From an uncultured Peptococcaceae bacterium (GTDB lineage: Bacteria > Bacillota > Dehalobacteriia > UBA4068 > UBA4997): 64,000 nt of DNA. The translations under genes and the position numbers were made by a program. Under the pieces are notes generated by a model, which saw nothing but the letters and a program-made list of their open reading frames with translations, was not told the origin of the DNA and did not search any database. Each line of letters opens with the position of its first letter. The stretch's first letter is position 1. Where the stretch lies: assembly GCA_947647555.1 (NCBI GenBank), contig CANSKT010000002.1, positions 12,967 through 76,966 of the forward strand, written 5' to 3'. Below are positions 19,049-30,120 of the stretch, piece after piece.

Positions 19049-20188
19049 CTAAAGACGTTCCTGCAAAATATCCCGGATATACTGCGCCGCCTTGCCGTCG
19101 CCATAGGGATTAGCGGCATGCGCCATCTGGCTGTAAACCGCATCGTCGGTTAAAAGCAGGCGTATGCCGTCATAAACCGATTGCTGCCGATTGCCAATCA
19201 GCCGCACCGTGCCGGCGGCCACGGCCTCCGGCCGCTCCGTAACCTCACGCAGCACCAACACCGGTTTGCCCAGCGCCGGCGCTTCTTCCTGCATACCGCC
19301 GGAATCCGTTACCACCAGCGAGCTTAAACTCATTAGCTGTGCAAACGGACGATAATCCAGCGGCTCAATCAGATGGATATTCGGCGCTACGCCCATAATC
19401 TGTTGGGCGGCCTGGCGTACCAGCGGATTTTTATGCACCGGGCAGACAATCTCCACCGACTCACGAAACTCCTCGGCCAGACTGTTAACCGCCGCAAAAA
19501 TTTCCTGCATGGGCTGTCCCCAGTTCTCGCGCCGATGACATGTTAAAAGCAGCAGCTTCTTTTCCCAATTAATGCGCTGCCAGGTTTCCGCCCCCAGATA
19601 CTGCGCCAAATCGCAGCCTTTATCCACCGTTTGCAGCAGCGCGTCAATCACCGTATTACCAGTGACAAAAATCCGCTCGGCCGCCGTGCCCTCGCGCAGC
19701 AAATTATCACGCGCCGTTTCTGTGGGCGCAAAATGAAAATCCGTCAGCTGAGAGGTTAAACGGCGGTTCATCTCCTCCGGATAAGGCGCATATTTATCCC
19801 CGGTACGCAAGCCGGCTTCCACATGGCCAACCGGCACCTGCTCATAAAAGGCCGCCAGCGCTCCGGCCAGCGTGGTGGTGGTATCGCCATGCACCAGCAC
19901 CAAATCCGGCCGCTGCTCGGCAATTATCTGCTGCAAACCGTTCAGGGCGCGGCTGGTAATCTGCGCCAGCGTTTGGCCGGGCTGCATCATATTCAAATCA
20001 AAATCCGGCTTAATAGCAAAACAATCCAGCACCTGATCCAACATCTCCCGGTGCTGCGCCGTTACCGCCACCAGCGCCTCAAAATGCTCGTCCGCCTGCA
20101 ATGCTTTCACCAGCGGCGCCATTTTGATAGCCTCCGGCCGAGTGCCGAAAATCAATAAAATTTTCTTTTTCTGCTCCATTATATCCAC
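19049..20188 (-). CDS. wecB: UDP-N-acetylglucosamine 2-epimerase (non-hydrolysing)
   Basis: Epimerase_2 motifs (ILLIFGTRPEAIKMAP, VHGDTTTTLAGALAAFY, VTDSGGMQEEAPALGKPVLVLR). Confidence 0.9.
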   Translation of the reverse strand: MDIMEQKKKILLIFGTRPEAIKMAPLVKALQADEHFEALVAVTAQHREMLDQVLDCFAIKPDFDLNMMQPGQTLAQITSRALNGLQQIIAEQRPDLVLVHGDTTTTLAGALAAFYEQVPVGHVEAGLRTGDKYAPYPEEMNRRLTSQLTDFHFAPTETARDNLLREGTAAERIFVTGNTVIDALLQTVDKGCDLAQYLGAETWQRINWEKKLLLLTCHRRENWGQPMQEIFAAVNSLAEEFRESVEIVCPVHKNPLVRQAAQQIMGVAPNIHLIEPLDYRPFAQLMSLSSLVVTDSGGMQEEAPALGKPVLVLREVTERPEAVAAGTVRLIGNRQQSVYDGIRLLLTDDAVYSQMAHAANPYGDGKAAQYIRDILQERL

Positions 20189-20208
20189 CTCTGTTTGAGC
20201 CTGCTTAA

Positions 20209-20700
20209 TTATTCTGCCGACTCTGTGGTCTGGCCGGCTTGTTTCTCACGCAGTTCCGCCAGACTGATTAACTCCATACCGGCCTCCTGCGCCAGCTCAC
20301 AGGCCAATTCATCAGGATATGGGCCATCAAAAACCACGCGCCGGATACCGCTGGTTACCATCGCCTTAACGCAGGTGGTACAGGGCTGATTAGTAACATA
20401 AATCGTCGCGCCGTCCAGACAAATGCCATGCTTGGCCGCAGAATTGCAAATGTTGGCTTCGGCATGCTGGGCGCGGCAGATTTCCTGCCGCTGGCCGCTG
20501 GGTACGCCCAACTGCTCACGCAGACAGCCGCCTTTCTCGTCGCAATGCGGCGAACCGGGCAAAGCGCCGTTATAACCGCTGCCGATAATCCGGTGGTCCG
20601 GACTGACGGCCACCGCGCCCACGCTGCGGCGCAGGCAGGTTGTACGTGTGGCCACCTGATAGGCCAGACGCATAAAATATTCGTCCCAGGATTCTCGCAT
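20209..20700 (-). CDS. deoxycytidylate (dCMP) deaminase, ComEB-like
   Basis: CDA zinc motifs HAEANI and PCTTC. Confidence 0.8.
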   Translation of the reverse strand: MRESWDEYFMRLAYQVATRTTCLRRSVGAVAVSPDHRIIGSGYNGALPGSPHCDEKGGCLREQLGVPSGQRQEICRAQHAEANICNSAAKHGICLDGATIYVTNQPCTTCVKAMVTSGIRRVVFDGPYPDELACELAQEAGMELISLAELREKQAGQTTESAE

Positions 20701-20712
20701 AATAACCCCTCT

Positions 20713-21966
20713 TTAATCTAATTCCGGATAAAGCGGATAAGCCGCGCAAAGTTCGCGCACAATACCGGCTGCCTCTTGCAGTTTGGCCTCGTCCTCGCCA
20801 TAGCTTAAAGCCAAATCAATCGCCTTAGCCACCTGACGCATTTCCGCCTCGCCAAAGCCACGCGTGGTCATGGCCGGGCTACCCAGACGTATACCGCTGG
20901 TGATAAAGGGACTTTGCGTATCAAACGGCACCGCGTTTTTATTGCAGGTAATGCCGATAGAGTCCAGACGATGTTCCGCATATTTGCCGGTAATGCCTTT
21001 GCTGGTCAGGTTCACCAAAATCAAATGATTATCCGTACCGCCGGACACCAGATGGAACCCAGCCGCCAGCAATTCCTCGGCCAGCGCCTGCGCGTTAGCC
21101 AGAATTTTATGGCCGTATTCCTTAAAATCGGGCTGCAAAGCTTCGCCCAACGCCACCGCTTTGGCGGCAATTACATGCATCAGAGGGCCGCCCTGACAAC
21201 CGGGGAATATAGCCTTATCAATATCCTTAGCCAGCTTTTCGCCGCAGAGAATTAAGCCGCCGCGTGGGCCACGCAGAGTTTTATGGGTCGTCGTGGTAAC
21301 CACGTCAGCATGCGGCACAGGGCTTGGGTGCAGACCAGCTGCCACCAGACCGGCAATATGCGCCATATCTACCATTAAAAGCGCGCCAACCTCTTTGGCA
21401 ATATCCGCCAAAGCCGCAAAATCAATAATGCGCGGATAAGCCGAAGCGCCGGCCACAATCAGTTTGGGGCTTTCTGCTTTGGCAATCTCACGAACATGGT
21501 CATAATCAATAACCTCGGTTTCCGGCTCCACGCCGTATGCCGCAAAATTATAGGTTTTACCGGAATAGTTAACCGGGCTGCCATGCGTCAGATGACCGCC
21601 ATGCGCCAGGTTCATACCCAACACCTTATCGCCCGGCTGCAACAGCGCAAAATAAACCGCCGTGTTGGCCTGCGCGCCGCTGTGGGGCTGCACATTGGCA
21701 TGCTCCGCGCCAAAAAGCTTCTTCGCGCGCTCTCTTGCTAAATCCTCCACCACGTCCACATACTCACAACCGCCATAATAACGCTTGCCCGGGTAACCCT
21801 CGGCATATTTATTGGTCAACACACTGCCCTGCGCCTCCATTACGGCCAGGCTGGTAAAGTTCTCTGAAGCGATTAACTCAATTTTATTGCGCTGCCGGGA
21901 TAATTCCTGCTGCATTGCCGCAAAAATTTCCGGGTCAGACTGCTCTACAAACTGCAACTTGTTCAT
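20713..21966 (-). CDS. glyA: serine hydroxymethyltransferase
   Basis: SHMT motifs, including the PLP-lysine region ([15 protein letters not shown]). Confidence 0.95.
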   Translation of the reverse strand: MNKLQFVEQSDPEIFAAMQQELSRQRNKIELIASENFTSLAVMEAQGSVLTNKYAEGYPGKRYYGGCEYVDVVEDLARERAKKLFGAEHANVQPHSGAQANTAVYFALLQPGDKVLGMNLAHGGHLTHGSPVNYSGKTYNFAAYGVEPETEVIDYDHVREIAKAESPKLIVAGASAYPRIIDFAALADIAKEVGALLMVDMAHIAGLVAAGLHPSPVPHADVVTTTTHKTLRGPRGGLILCGEKLAKDIDKAIFPGCQGGPLMHVIAAKAVALGEALQPDFKEYGHKILANAQALAEELLAAGFHLVSGGTDNHLILVNLTSKGITGKYAEHRLDSIGITCNKNAVPFDTQSPFITSGIRLGSPAMTTRGFGEAEMRQVAKAIDLALSYGEDEAKLQEAAGIVRELCAAYPLYPELD

Positions 21967-22040
21967 AATGTTTGATACCTCTCTTTTTTTGCTTTATCCT
22001 TATATATTAATTGATTATGCGTCTAAAGTCAATCTTTTTT

Positions 22041-23264
22041 TCATTCCGGCAGTTGATAAACCAGCGGAAATTCCTTATCTACATTCTGCCAGCAACGGCA
22101 AAACAGCTTAAAGTGCAGTTCATTACCCTCCGCACCGCTGAAGCTGAAATCCGGCGTGGGACTGCCCATCGGCATGCCGCTGCTCAAATATTGCCAGTAT
22201 AATTCAAAATTCTCCGCCTTAATCTCATAATCATTATTGGCCTGCAAAAACGCCTCCGCTTCCGCCTTAACCTCTGGCGTTACCAGCGTGTTTTCCATAT
22301 TCAGCAGGGTTTTGTTCTGCTTATCGTAAAGGTCAAAGGAAGCGCCGTCGCCCCAAAGCATAAAGCGCTCGTTGGCCCACCAGACATATTTTCTGGCGTA
22401 TTCGTTCTGATAAATCTCCGCCGCCTTATATTCGGTTACCGCGCCGGTTGGCTCATTAATACATACCGCGCCAATCTCATCATCAGAAATCCAGACGTTT
22501 TCACCCTGCACAAATGGCTCCGGCAAATCGACAATCATAATTGTATGCACGCAGTAGGTTGGCACAGCGCCGCCCTGTCCGGCTGCCGGCACATAAGCGT
22601 TAACCTTATAATCAAAACTCAACGAGCCGCTGCCAAGACCGCCAACATTCACAATGTAGTTGCCGGCCGGCGTCTGTTGCACACTTAAAGCAACAGGCTC
22701 ATGAAAATTGCCGGGGTCAGTCAATGAGGGCAAATTCAGCTTGCCCAGCAGCTGGCCGTCCTTGCTGAAATCGCCGGTCAGCTGGTCCAGCTTAAAAACC
22801 TCGCCGCTGCTTAAAGTATATTTCAGTTTGGGCGAGGTCAGCCAAACCGCATTATTGCGCCAGTCCAAATCATATTGCAGCAGCGTTTCCGTTATAAAAC
22901 GCAAAGGCACATAGGTTACGCCACGGCTGATAAAAGCCGCCTGTTCCAGTTCATACCTGCTGTGTTCTATCGAATTTTCTTCCTCACGGACAAGCTCCGG
23001 GGTTTTTGAGCCAATTTGCATGGTCAGAATACCACCGTCTGGCAAATAAGCAGTAATTGTCTGCGTTTTTTCCTCCCATTCCACCGCGCCGCCCACGGTT
23101 TCAAACATGTTGCGCAGCGGCATATAAGTATAACCGCCCCGCTCCAAACCGGTCGTTACGCGCTCACCGTCCAGATATACCGGCACATTGGCCGCCAGAC
23201 AGGTCTGCGCCGCGCCAAACGCCAAAACCACCAACAGCAGCATCGTCAAAAAAATTTTTTTCAT
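22041..23264 (-). CDS. secreted protein, paralog family A (P1): signal peptide + copper-amine-oxidase N-terminal-like domain + ~280-aa uncharacterised domain
   Basis: Signal peptide ending AQTCLA. CuAO-N-like motif (VPVYLDGERV...YMPLRNMFETVGGAVEWEEKTQTITA). Shared family motifs RTPAGNY, WWANERY, TPEVKAEAE and a C-terminal PLVYQLP. Conserved GAGTGATAGTGAAATG translation-start context. Confidence 0.7.
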   Translation of the reverse strand: MKKIFLTMLLLVVLAFGAAQTCLAANVPVYLDGERVTTGLERGGYTYMPLRNMFETVGGAVEWEEKTQTITAYLPDGGILTMQIGSKTPELVREEENSIEHSRYELEQAAFISRGVTYVPLRFITETLLQYDLDWRNNAVWLTSPKLKYTLSSGEVFKLDQLTGDFSKDGQLLGKLNLPSLTDPGNFHEPVALSVQQTPAGNYIVNVGGLGSGSLSFDYKVNAYVPAAGQGGAVPTYCVHTIMIVDLPEPFVQGENVWISDDEIGAVCINEPTGAVTEYKAAEIYQNEYARKYVWWANERFMLWGDGASFDLYDKQNKTLLNMENTLVTPEVKAEAEAFLQANNDYEIKAENFELYWQYLSSGMPMGSPTPDFSFSGAEGNELHFKLFCRCWQNVDKEFPLVYQLPE

Positions 23265-23288
23265 TTCACTATCACTCCTCAAAATAAT

Positions 23289-24533
23289 TTATTGCAAAGT
23301 GTAACTAAGCGGAAATACCTGCCGCGCCTGACCGCCGTCCGAAGTTGCATAATAGCCGCAAATCAGCTCAAAATTAAGCTTGCCGTTCTCCTCGCCTGTA
23401 AATTTCAGATATGGCACCGGGTCAACTTTATGAGCGGCGCCCAGCCCCTCCCAATAATAATCAGCATTATTGACATCAAAGGTAATACTGGAATTATCCG
23501 CCATGAAATTGTTAGCTTCTGCCTTAACCTCGTCTGTCAGCAGTAGCGGCACCAAATCATGTCCGGTTTGGTTCTGCATATCATAAAGCACATAGCCGCC
23601 GCCATCGCCCAGTAAAATCAGCCGGCCGTCCGTCCAGCGAACAGAGCCGCAGGCGTACTCATCACCGGTTACCTGGCTGGCCCAAGCCTGCGTGTCCACC
23701 TGATTAATCTGACCGCTGGTCTCATCAATGCAGAAATTATGGCTGTATCCGTTCAGCCAAACCTTGCCCTCACTACACACAATACCCGGCAAAAAATCGT
23801 CGAGCATAGATGTATTACAATCAGAAAGTCCTTTTTGTCCGTCGGCGCTGATCCAGCAGTTCCATTGCAGGCTATAAGCCATAACGCCCAGACTAGTGCC
23901 GCTCCCATCAAGCAGATAGCTGCCGGCCGGCGTACGCCGCACCTCAAATCCATAAACATGCTGGGCGTGATACCCGGCATAGCCCGGCACTTTGGCCTGA
24001 TTGGTGATTAGCTTATCATTCAGCCAAAGTTCGCCGTTGGCCATGTTCAGGATATATTTATCCTCACCCTGCGTATATTCCAGCCGCGGCTGGGTGATAT
24101 AAACCGCATTATCGCGCCAGTCCACCTCATAACCAAGCACATCATCACTTATAAAACGCAGTGGCACATAAGTTATACCCCGACTGACAAAAGGCGGTTG
24201 CTCCATATAAGGATAACTCGGGTTATCATACTCTTCATCACCCATTCTGTAGTGATATTGCGCATCCGCATAATTATTTCCCACCTGCATGGTAAGCACA
24301 CCACCGTCCGCAAAGGTGGCGATAATCTTCTGCTCCGGCTCGCTCCATTCCACGCTTGCGCCGACGGTTTCAAACATGGTGCGCAGCGGCAGATATGTAT
24401 AACCGCCCCGCTCCAAACCAATCGCCACGCGCTCACCCTCCAGATACACCGGCACATTGGCCGCCAGACAGGTCTGAGCCGCGCCAAACGTCAACACCAC
24501 TAACATCAACATTGTCAAAAAAAGTTTCTTCAT
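23289..24533 (-). CDS. secreted protein, paralog family A (P2)
   Basis: Same architecture as P1. The first ~170 nt are about 85-90% identical to P1 at the nucleotide level. Confidence 0.7.
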   Translation of the reverse strand: MKKLFLTMLMLVVLTFGAAQTCLAANVPVYLEGERVAIGLERGGYTYLPLRTMFETVGASVEWSEPEQKIIATFADGGVLTMQVGNNYADAQYHYRMGDEEYDNPSYPYMEQPPFVSRGITYVPLRFISDDVLGYEVDWRDNAVYITQPRLEYTQGEDKYILNMANGELWLNDKLITNQAKVPGYAGYHAQHVYGFEVRRTPAGSYLLDGSGTSLGVMAYSLQWNCWISADGQKGLSDCNTSMLDDFLPGIVCSEGKVWLNGYSHNFCIDETSGQINQVDTQAWASQVTGDEYACGSVRWTDGRLILLGDGGGYVLYDMQNQTGHDLVPLLLTDEVKAEANNFMADNSSITFDVNNADYYWEGLGAAHKVDPVPYLKFTGEENGKLNFELICGYYATSDGGQARQVFPLSYTLQ

Positions 24534-24574
24534 TTTACTATCACTCCTAAAAATAATTTATATAAACGCCATTT

Positions 24575-25771
24575 TTACCTCGGCAGCTTATAAACCAGCG
24601 GATACTCTTTATACACATTGCTTAAACCGTCGCTGTCCTCTTGGCGGTAGTTGCAGATTAAAGAAAAATAAAGTTTTTTGCCCTTGGCATAGTTAAAATG
24701 CAACTCTGGCACCGGGTCAGCCATCGGCAGTCCGATATTGAGATAACTCCAATACCATTCAAACTCGCTATCACTAATCGGGAAATCCTGCTCAGACTGC
24801 AAAAATTCCTCGGCCTCGGCCTTAACCTCCGGGGTCAGCAAAAGCGGCGTTAAATCCAGCAGCGTTTCCTTTTGGCGGTCATAAAGCCGCAGACCGCCCA
24901 GCAGCATATAGCGCTCGTTGGCCCACCAGCAAATTCCCTGCCCATCGCCCGTGAAACGAGTAATCTCGCCGGTGCAGTCGTTAACGCAGATTGAGCCGTC
25001 GTCGTCCGCCAGCCAGAGATTTTTCCCCTGCCAGAAAGGTTGCGGCATAGGCTCAATAATACTATGCACGCAACAGGTCTGCACCTCGCCACCGGCCGAC
25101 GGTATCCAGGCCGCCAGCTGATAGCTGAAGCTTAAAGCGCCGCTACCCATGGCTCCGGACTGAAACAAATAATTGCCGGACGGTGTTCTGTGTATGCCAA
25201 ATTTATCCGGCGGATACCAGCTGCCTGGCTCGCTGGCCGAGGGCAAATTCAGCCGGCATAACTCGCAGCCGTTAAGATATAAAACGCCGCTTAACAGGTT
25301 CAATGTAAACTTTTCTTCAGACGACAGATTGAAATGCAGCTTTGGTGCATTCAACCAAACCGCATTGTCGCGCCGCTCCAGATTATAGCCCATAACTTTT
25401 TCGTCCGCCGCCAGACTCAACGGCAGATAAATAATATCATCTCGAATAAACGGCGGCTGTTCCGCGTAAATTGTAGCCGCATACTCCCCTTTATCAATGC
25501 GACCCTCCGTCTGCCCCACCTGCATAATCAAAGTACCGCGCAACGGCAAAACGGCCTCAATCTGATTATCCGCAAAAGCGCCCTCCGCGTTCACCAGACG
25601 AAAAAACTCCGGCATTGGCAAATACAATTCGCCGTTCTGTTCAAGCGCCGTCGCCACGCGCCGCCCCTCCAGCCAAACCGCCGCGCCGTTCTCCGGCAGG
25701 GCGATTGTTGGATTAACAGCAGAAACACCAGACATCAGCAGCATTAACACCGCCATAAACCAATTAATCAT
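24575..25771 (-). CDS. secreted protein, paralog family A (P3)
   Basis: Same family motifs (RTPSGNY, WWANERYML, TPEVKAEAEEF, PLVYKLP). Start at MINWF with the conserved GAGTGATAGTAAAATG context. Confidence 0.65.
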   Translation of the reverse strand: MINWFMAVLMLLMSGVSAVNPTIALPENGAAVWLEGRRVATALEQNGELYLPMPEFFRLVNAEGAFADNQIEAVLPLRGTLIMQVGQTEGRIDKGEYAATIYAEQPPFIRDDIIYLPLSLAADEKVMGYNLERRDNAVWLNAPKLHFNLSSEEKFTLNLLSGVLYLNGCELCRLNLPSASEPGSWYPPDKFGIHRTPSGNYLFQSGAMGSGALSFSYQLAAWIPSAGGEVQTCCVHSIIEPMPQPFWQGKNLWLADDDGSICVNDCTGEITRFTGDGQGICWWANERYMLLGGLRLYDRQKETLLDLTPLLLTPEVKAEAEEFLQSEQDFPISDSEFEWYWSYLNIGLPMADPVPELHFNYAKGKKLYFSLICNYRQEDSDGLSNVYKEYPLVYKLPR

Positions 25772-25843
25772 TTTACTATCACTCACAATCTATCACAATT
25801 TATAAATTTATTTTAGCACCATTTGGTCGGATAAGCAACATTA

Positions 25844-26332
25844 TCACAAATCAACAGTAAAAATAACCTGCAAATGCTCGTTATCGGCATTATCATAAAA
25901 CGGCGTAATGCCGGCGCAGTTTTCCAGCAGATAATCCAAATCGGTAACATAGGGCGGCAAATCCGCCGTATCCGTAATTTTGGGAAAATTCTGCCGCACC
26001 TGTTCCGCCAGACTGAAATGACGCAGCCAATAGGCAATATCCTTAACCCAGATATGGTCTTTCAGCGTAATAATTTCATTTTCCGTATCCACCAGAAACT
26101 CGCCGCCCACCAATATATTCAGCGGCGTTCGATTGGTTTCTCGCCATTTGCCGCCACCCAGACAAAGCTGAATACCATACCAGGCCTTGTCCAACGCACA
26201 ACTGCGCGGCGTGCCGAAAAGCCGCTCCTCAAACTCCTCCAGCATATAATCATAACGCTCCGCCTCCGGTCTGGCACAAAGTTCCGCCAGTTCCTTATCC
26301 GTCAGCGCATATAAAACTCCCAAACGTGACAT
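25844..26332 (-). CDS. hypothetical cytoplasmic protein (DUF1877/YfbM-like?) embedded in the secreted-protein cluster
   Basis: 162 aa with no signal peptide. The family call is tentative. Confidence 0.4.
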   Translation of the reverse strand: MSRLGVLYALTDKELAELCARPEAERYDYMLEEFEERLFGTPRSCALDKAWYGIQLCLGGGKWRETNRTPLNILVGGEFLVDTENEIITLKDHIWVKDIAYWLRHFSLAEQVRQNFPKITDTADLPPYVTDLDYLLENCAGITPFYDNADNEHLQVIFTVDL

Positions 26333-26342
26333 ATTAACCTCC

Positions 26343-27605
26343 TTAATCTGTCGCCGTTGCGTCCGGCGCCAGCTTCAATTTTACAACATAATCATCAGCC
26401 AGTATTAAAAGCTGCTGGCCGTCCGGCGATATAGCTCCCTTTTCAAAATTCCACAAACCCGGATATTGTTCCGTCAGCCCGTCCGTTTCTGTGCAGAAAA
26501 TAATCTTGCTGGCATTATCCGCATAATTACAAGCCACAATACGGCAGGGCTCGGCGTTTTCCTCGGCAAAATGCTCAGAAAAATAAATTGTATCGCCATA
26601 GGCCGCCAGCAGACCACCGCCGTTGTTATCCTGAAAGGTACACTCGCCCAACAGACCGCCGGACAGATTGACAATCTGATAATGACTGCCGTCCTCGCAG
26701 ACAGCGTGCAGTACAACATAATCACCGGTCACATTTTGCACCGGCTGCACTTCGCTATAAAAAAGCCATGGAACGCTGGTCGGCCATTCCACATATGCGC
26801 GGCGCTGCTGCACCTTAACTTCGCCACTGTTCGCCGGCAGGGTTACCTCCAACAAATCGCCAGCAGTGCCCAGCAACAGCCAGCGGTCCGGCTTTTGCAC
26901 CGTGGGCGGCATAAACAGGCACCAAGGGCAGTCCATTTTGGCCAGCCTGACCTCTTTACCGGTTTTTTCATCATATAAATTGATAAAATGCGTTATACGC
27001 TGTAACTCCTTGGGGTCCTGCTCAAAGCGAGTTAACAGATACCGGCCATCACCCAGCCAAAACGCCTGGTCATCTCTATTCAGTTCGAGGCTGTCCGGCA
27101 CGGCAAATTCCTGAGTCTGTCCGGTAACATTATCATAAACCAGAAAACTGTGCAGCCTTTGATTATAAAGCACCAACTGCTGACTGGCCGAAAGATAATA
27201 GCCGCTTAAATAATAATCATTTTCATATAAACTATCCTCCGGCCAGACACAAAGCTGCTCCGGTTCCGCTCCGTCCGCCATACGGAAAATTTTGCCCTGC
27301 CAACCGTCAGCTGTTCGGCTAACGCCATACAGCAAATAGTCCGTATCATTATAATAATAGGCCTCCTCCAAATCAAACCGCCAAACCTCATCTTCCGTCA
27401 GCGACTCGCCCTCTCGCCATTTGTCGTTGGGCAGACCGGGCACCTGCGTAACCTGCTCAATCTGCACAACTGATTCCTGCAACAACTCCGGCTCCGTTCG
27501 CGGCGGCTGCTCTGCCGGCTGTTTCTGAACCAAATCCAGCCCAAACAACGCTCCGACTGCCAGACACAGACTTAATGCAAATATAATACTTAACCTTTTT
27601 TTCAT
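26343..27605 (-). CDS. lipoprotein, paralog family B (P4), probable beta-propeller-like extracellular protein
   Basis: Start MKKRLS overlaps the P5 stop (TAATG). A signal peptide is followed by a Cys. Shares its domain order and several motifs with P5. Confidence 0.6.
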   Translation of the reverse strand: MKKRLSIIFALSLCLAVGALFGLDLVQKQPAEQPPRTEPELLQESVVQIEQVTQVPGLPNDKWREGESLTEDEVWRFDLEEAYYYNDTDYLLYGVSRTADGWQGKIFRMADGAEPEQLCVWPEDSLYENDYYLSGYYLSASQQLVLYNQRLHSFLVYDNVTGQTQEFAVPDSLELNRDDQAFWLGDGRYLLTRFEQDPKELQRITHFINLYDEKTGKEVRLAKMDCPWCLFMPPTVQKPDRWLLLGTAGDLLEVTLPANSGEVKVQQRRAYVEWPTSVPWLFYSEVQPVQNVTGDYVVLHAVCEDGSHYQIVNLSGGLLGECTFQDNNGGGLLAAYGDTIYFSEHFAEENAEPCRIVACNYADNASKIIFCTETDGLTEQYPGLWNFEKGAISPDGQQLLILADDYVVKLKLAPDATATD

Positions 27606-28822
27606 TATTTCGCCAACTCCTTTTCGCTCCCGGCCAACGGCAGACGCCAAACCTCCCGATAGCTGCAAAGCAGAAGCTGCCGGCCGTCCGGGCTGCAAAC
27701 TCCCTGATAAAACCAGTTTAAGCGCGGCTTACGCTGGCTACGGTTGTTAAAAATCTCATTTTCCTCGCCGGTCAGATAATTATAGGCCAGCAAATGCAAA
27801 TAACGCTCATCATTTTCCCAAACATAATTGGGGAAATACAGGAAATCCCCCTGCGCGCCCAATAACTCCGCATCATTAGCCAGTTCTTGCCCTGCGGCGT
27901 TTTCAATACGCTGCGGCAGACTATAACGCCCCATTTCCGCGCCGGCCGCCCAGTCAATCACCTGATAAGTCATATTCTCATCACCATAAACGGACAGCAC
28001 CGCGCGCACGCTCTCCGTGTTCGGCACCAGCCGCATACGGTTATAATATACCTCCGTATCGCCGGTTGGCCATTCCTCCGGGCAGTGGTGCAGATTTTCA
28101 ATCCGCGCGCTCTCCGCGTCCAGATGCAATTCTAAGATATCACCGGCGTTAGTCATCATCAGCCAAACGCCCGGCTCCAGCTGGCAGTAATCCTGTATCC
28201 AGCGCCCATTCATCTCGGCCAGCGGCTGCTCACTGTCCGCCGCCAAATCATACAGACTCAAAGCAACGCGCCAATCTGGCAGTCTACGACCCAGCAAAAA
28301 CAGGTTTTCCGTCAGGCAAAGCGCAGTAACCTCTCTTTCGTCCTGCATCAAATCTTGTGTCAAAGGCAGCTGTATCTGCCGGCCGGTTGCCGCCGCCAAA
28401 TCATACAAATAAAACTGCTGACGGTACGGGTTATACATCGCGCAAACGCCGGCTTCCGGCAGATAAGCGGAAGAAAAACCCCATTCGTCAAAGGTAAAAT
28501 CGCCCTCCTCCGGCCAGCGGCAAACCCATTGCAGTTCGGTACCAGTCAACCGGAACAGCTGACACTGATAGCCGTCCTCGGTAATGGTGGGCGCAAACAG
28601 CAGCCATTCCTGCGGCGCCAGATAATAAGCGTCATAAATAATCATCTGATTATTACCAACCAACGTCCCGTTGCTATTCGGTTTAACATCTTCGCCAAAC
28701 TCCTCGGCCAGCCAGTATTCGTATACGGAAACGTCCTCGCCCGGAGTGGCGTCCGGCTCGCCGCAGCCTGCTAACAGCAACATCAAAAGCAACAGCCCCA
28801 GCGCTGCCCAAAGCCTTTTCAT
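27605..28822 (-). CDS. lipoprotein, paralog family B (P5)
   Basis: Lipobox LLAGC. Start overlaps the P6 stop (ATGA). Paralogous to P4 (for example the shared SPDGRQLLL / SPDGQQLLI motif). Confidence 0.6.
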   Translation of the reverse strand: MKRLWAALGLLLLMLLLAGCGEPDATPGEDVSVYEYWLAEEFGEDVKPNSNGTLVGNNQMIIYDAYYLAPQEWLLFAPTITEDGYQCQLFRLTGTELQWVCRWPEEGDFTFDEWGFSSAYLPEAGVCAMYNPYRQQFYLYDLAAATGRQIQLPLTQDLMQDEREVTALCLTENLFLLGRRLPDWRVALSLYDLAADSEQPLAEMNGRWIQDYCQLEPGVWLMMTNAGDILELHLDAESARIENLHHCPEEWPTGDTEVYYNRMRLVPNTESVRAVLSVYGDENMTYQVIDWAAGAEMGRYSLPQRIENAAGQELANDAELLGAQGDFLYFPNYVWENDERYLHLLAYNYLTGEENEIFNNRSQRKPRLNWFYQGVCSPDGRQLLLCSYREVWRLPLAGSEKELAK

Positions 28823-30120
28823 GACATCAACTCCTCAATCTGCTCAAGACTAATGCTTAATGGTAAAACCTGCGTACTGCTGTTATGAACTACGGAGCTG
28901 TAAAATACAACCGATAAATTAAAATAAAGCACGCCCTCAGATATATAGTCGAACTCCAGCCAAGGCATACTTGTCCAAGCAGGCAACTCATTATATTTAC
29001 CCAGGTTCTGCCAAAATTCATTTATGGCCACCGTTTCTTTATAAATATCCGGCGCGGCCTTACGCATATAATTATTGGCCCATTCTATGGCATAATCTGT
29101 CAAAAGCAGCGAATTTAACGCAACACCTTTATCCAACTGCATATCATAAAGAACATAATTCACACAATCGTTCAGCATTAAATAACGCTGGCCGTCCGTC
29201 CAGCAGCAATAAGCCCTCTCTGGCCGCCAACCCAACACTTTCTCCATCATGGCCACAGTATCATAATATTGTGCCGCCGCTTCAGCCTGCTTTTTATCCT
29301 CCAGCAGCCACATACCGGCATTGCCGTTTAAGTACACCTTGCCGGCCTGCTCCAGTGGCCAAAATGCAGCGCCCGTATGTTGCGGCCGATAACTTAACGC
29401 GCGCGTCATATAGTTTTGACCGCTTGCAGCATTGACAAAATAAAAATAGAAATCTGAATAATACTTACTTTCTAAATAATAAGAATTGTTAATATAGACC
29501 AGATAATTGCCGCCGGCAGTCGGGTTTACAGATAAAATACCGTATTCATGTAAATGCTTCCGCCAGGGCAGTTGCAGAGTTGAAAGCAGCTGACCGTTTT
29601 TGCATAATTCTCCGTTGTGCAGATTTAAAGTGTATAAATCCGCATTTTCCTCGTCCTCATAAACTGTTTTCGCATATGTCAGCCGCACCTCGCTGCCGTC
29701 ATCGTCCGGCCATTCCCAGTTCAGCCACCAACACAGCGCTTCCAGCCCAACATACATAACATCATCATGCACAAACGGTTTCAACCCAGCAGAACTGCTC
29801 CAACCATAACCATTGGGAAAAGAAAAGCTAAAATCGGTCTGGTCACAATCCGAACGGTACGGATAAATGTGCAGAACACTTTCGTCCGGCATTTCCACCA
29901 GCAAACAAACTCCACCCTCGTCTTCGCTCCAGCGCGGCTCCAAATCAAACCGCGCCAGCATTTCGCGCAACGGTACATAATAACTTTCACCTTTTTGCAT
30001 CGCACTGCCAATATTCTCTCCCTCAAGATAAACCGGCACGTTAGCCGCCAGGCCAGTCTGCGGCAGTCCAAAACAAAAAACCAATAACCAACACATCATC
30101 AACAAAACATTTTTCTTCAT
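28819..30120 (-). CDS. secreted protein, paralog family A (P6)
   Basis: Signal peptide + CuAO-N-like motif (ANVPVYLEGENIG...YVPLREM) + family-A core. Start at MKKNVL preceded by the GGGTGATAGTAAAATG context. Confidence 0.65.
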   Translation of the reverse strand: MKKNVLLMMCWLLVFCFGLPQTGLAANVPVYLEGENIGSAMQKGESYYVPLREMLARFDLEPRWSEDEGGVCLLVEMPDESVLHIYPYRSDCDQTDFSFSFPNGYGWSSSAGLKPFVHDDVMYVGLEALCWWLNWEWPDDDGSEVRLTYAKTVYEDEENADLYTLNLHNGELCKNGQLLSTLQLPWRKHLHEYGILSVNPTAGGNYLVYINNSYYLESKYYSDFYFYFVNAASGQNYMTRALSYRPQHTGAAFWPLEQAGKVYLNGNAGMWLLEDKKQAEAAAQYYDTVAMMEKVLGWRPERAYCCWTDGQRYLMLNDCVNYVLYDMQLDKGVALNSLLLTDYAIEWANNYMRKAAPDIYKETVAINEFWQNLGKYNELPAWTSMPWLEFDYISEGVLYFNLSVVFYSSVVHNSSTQVLPLSISLEQIEELMS

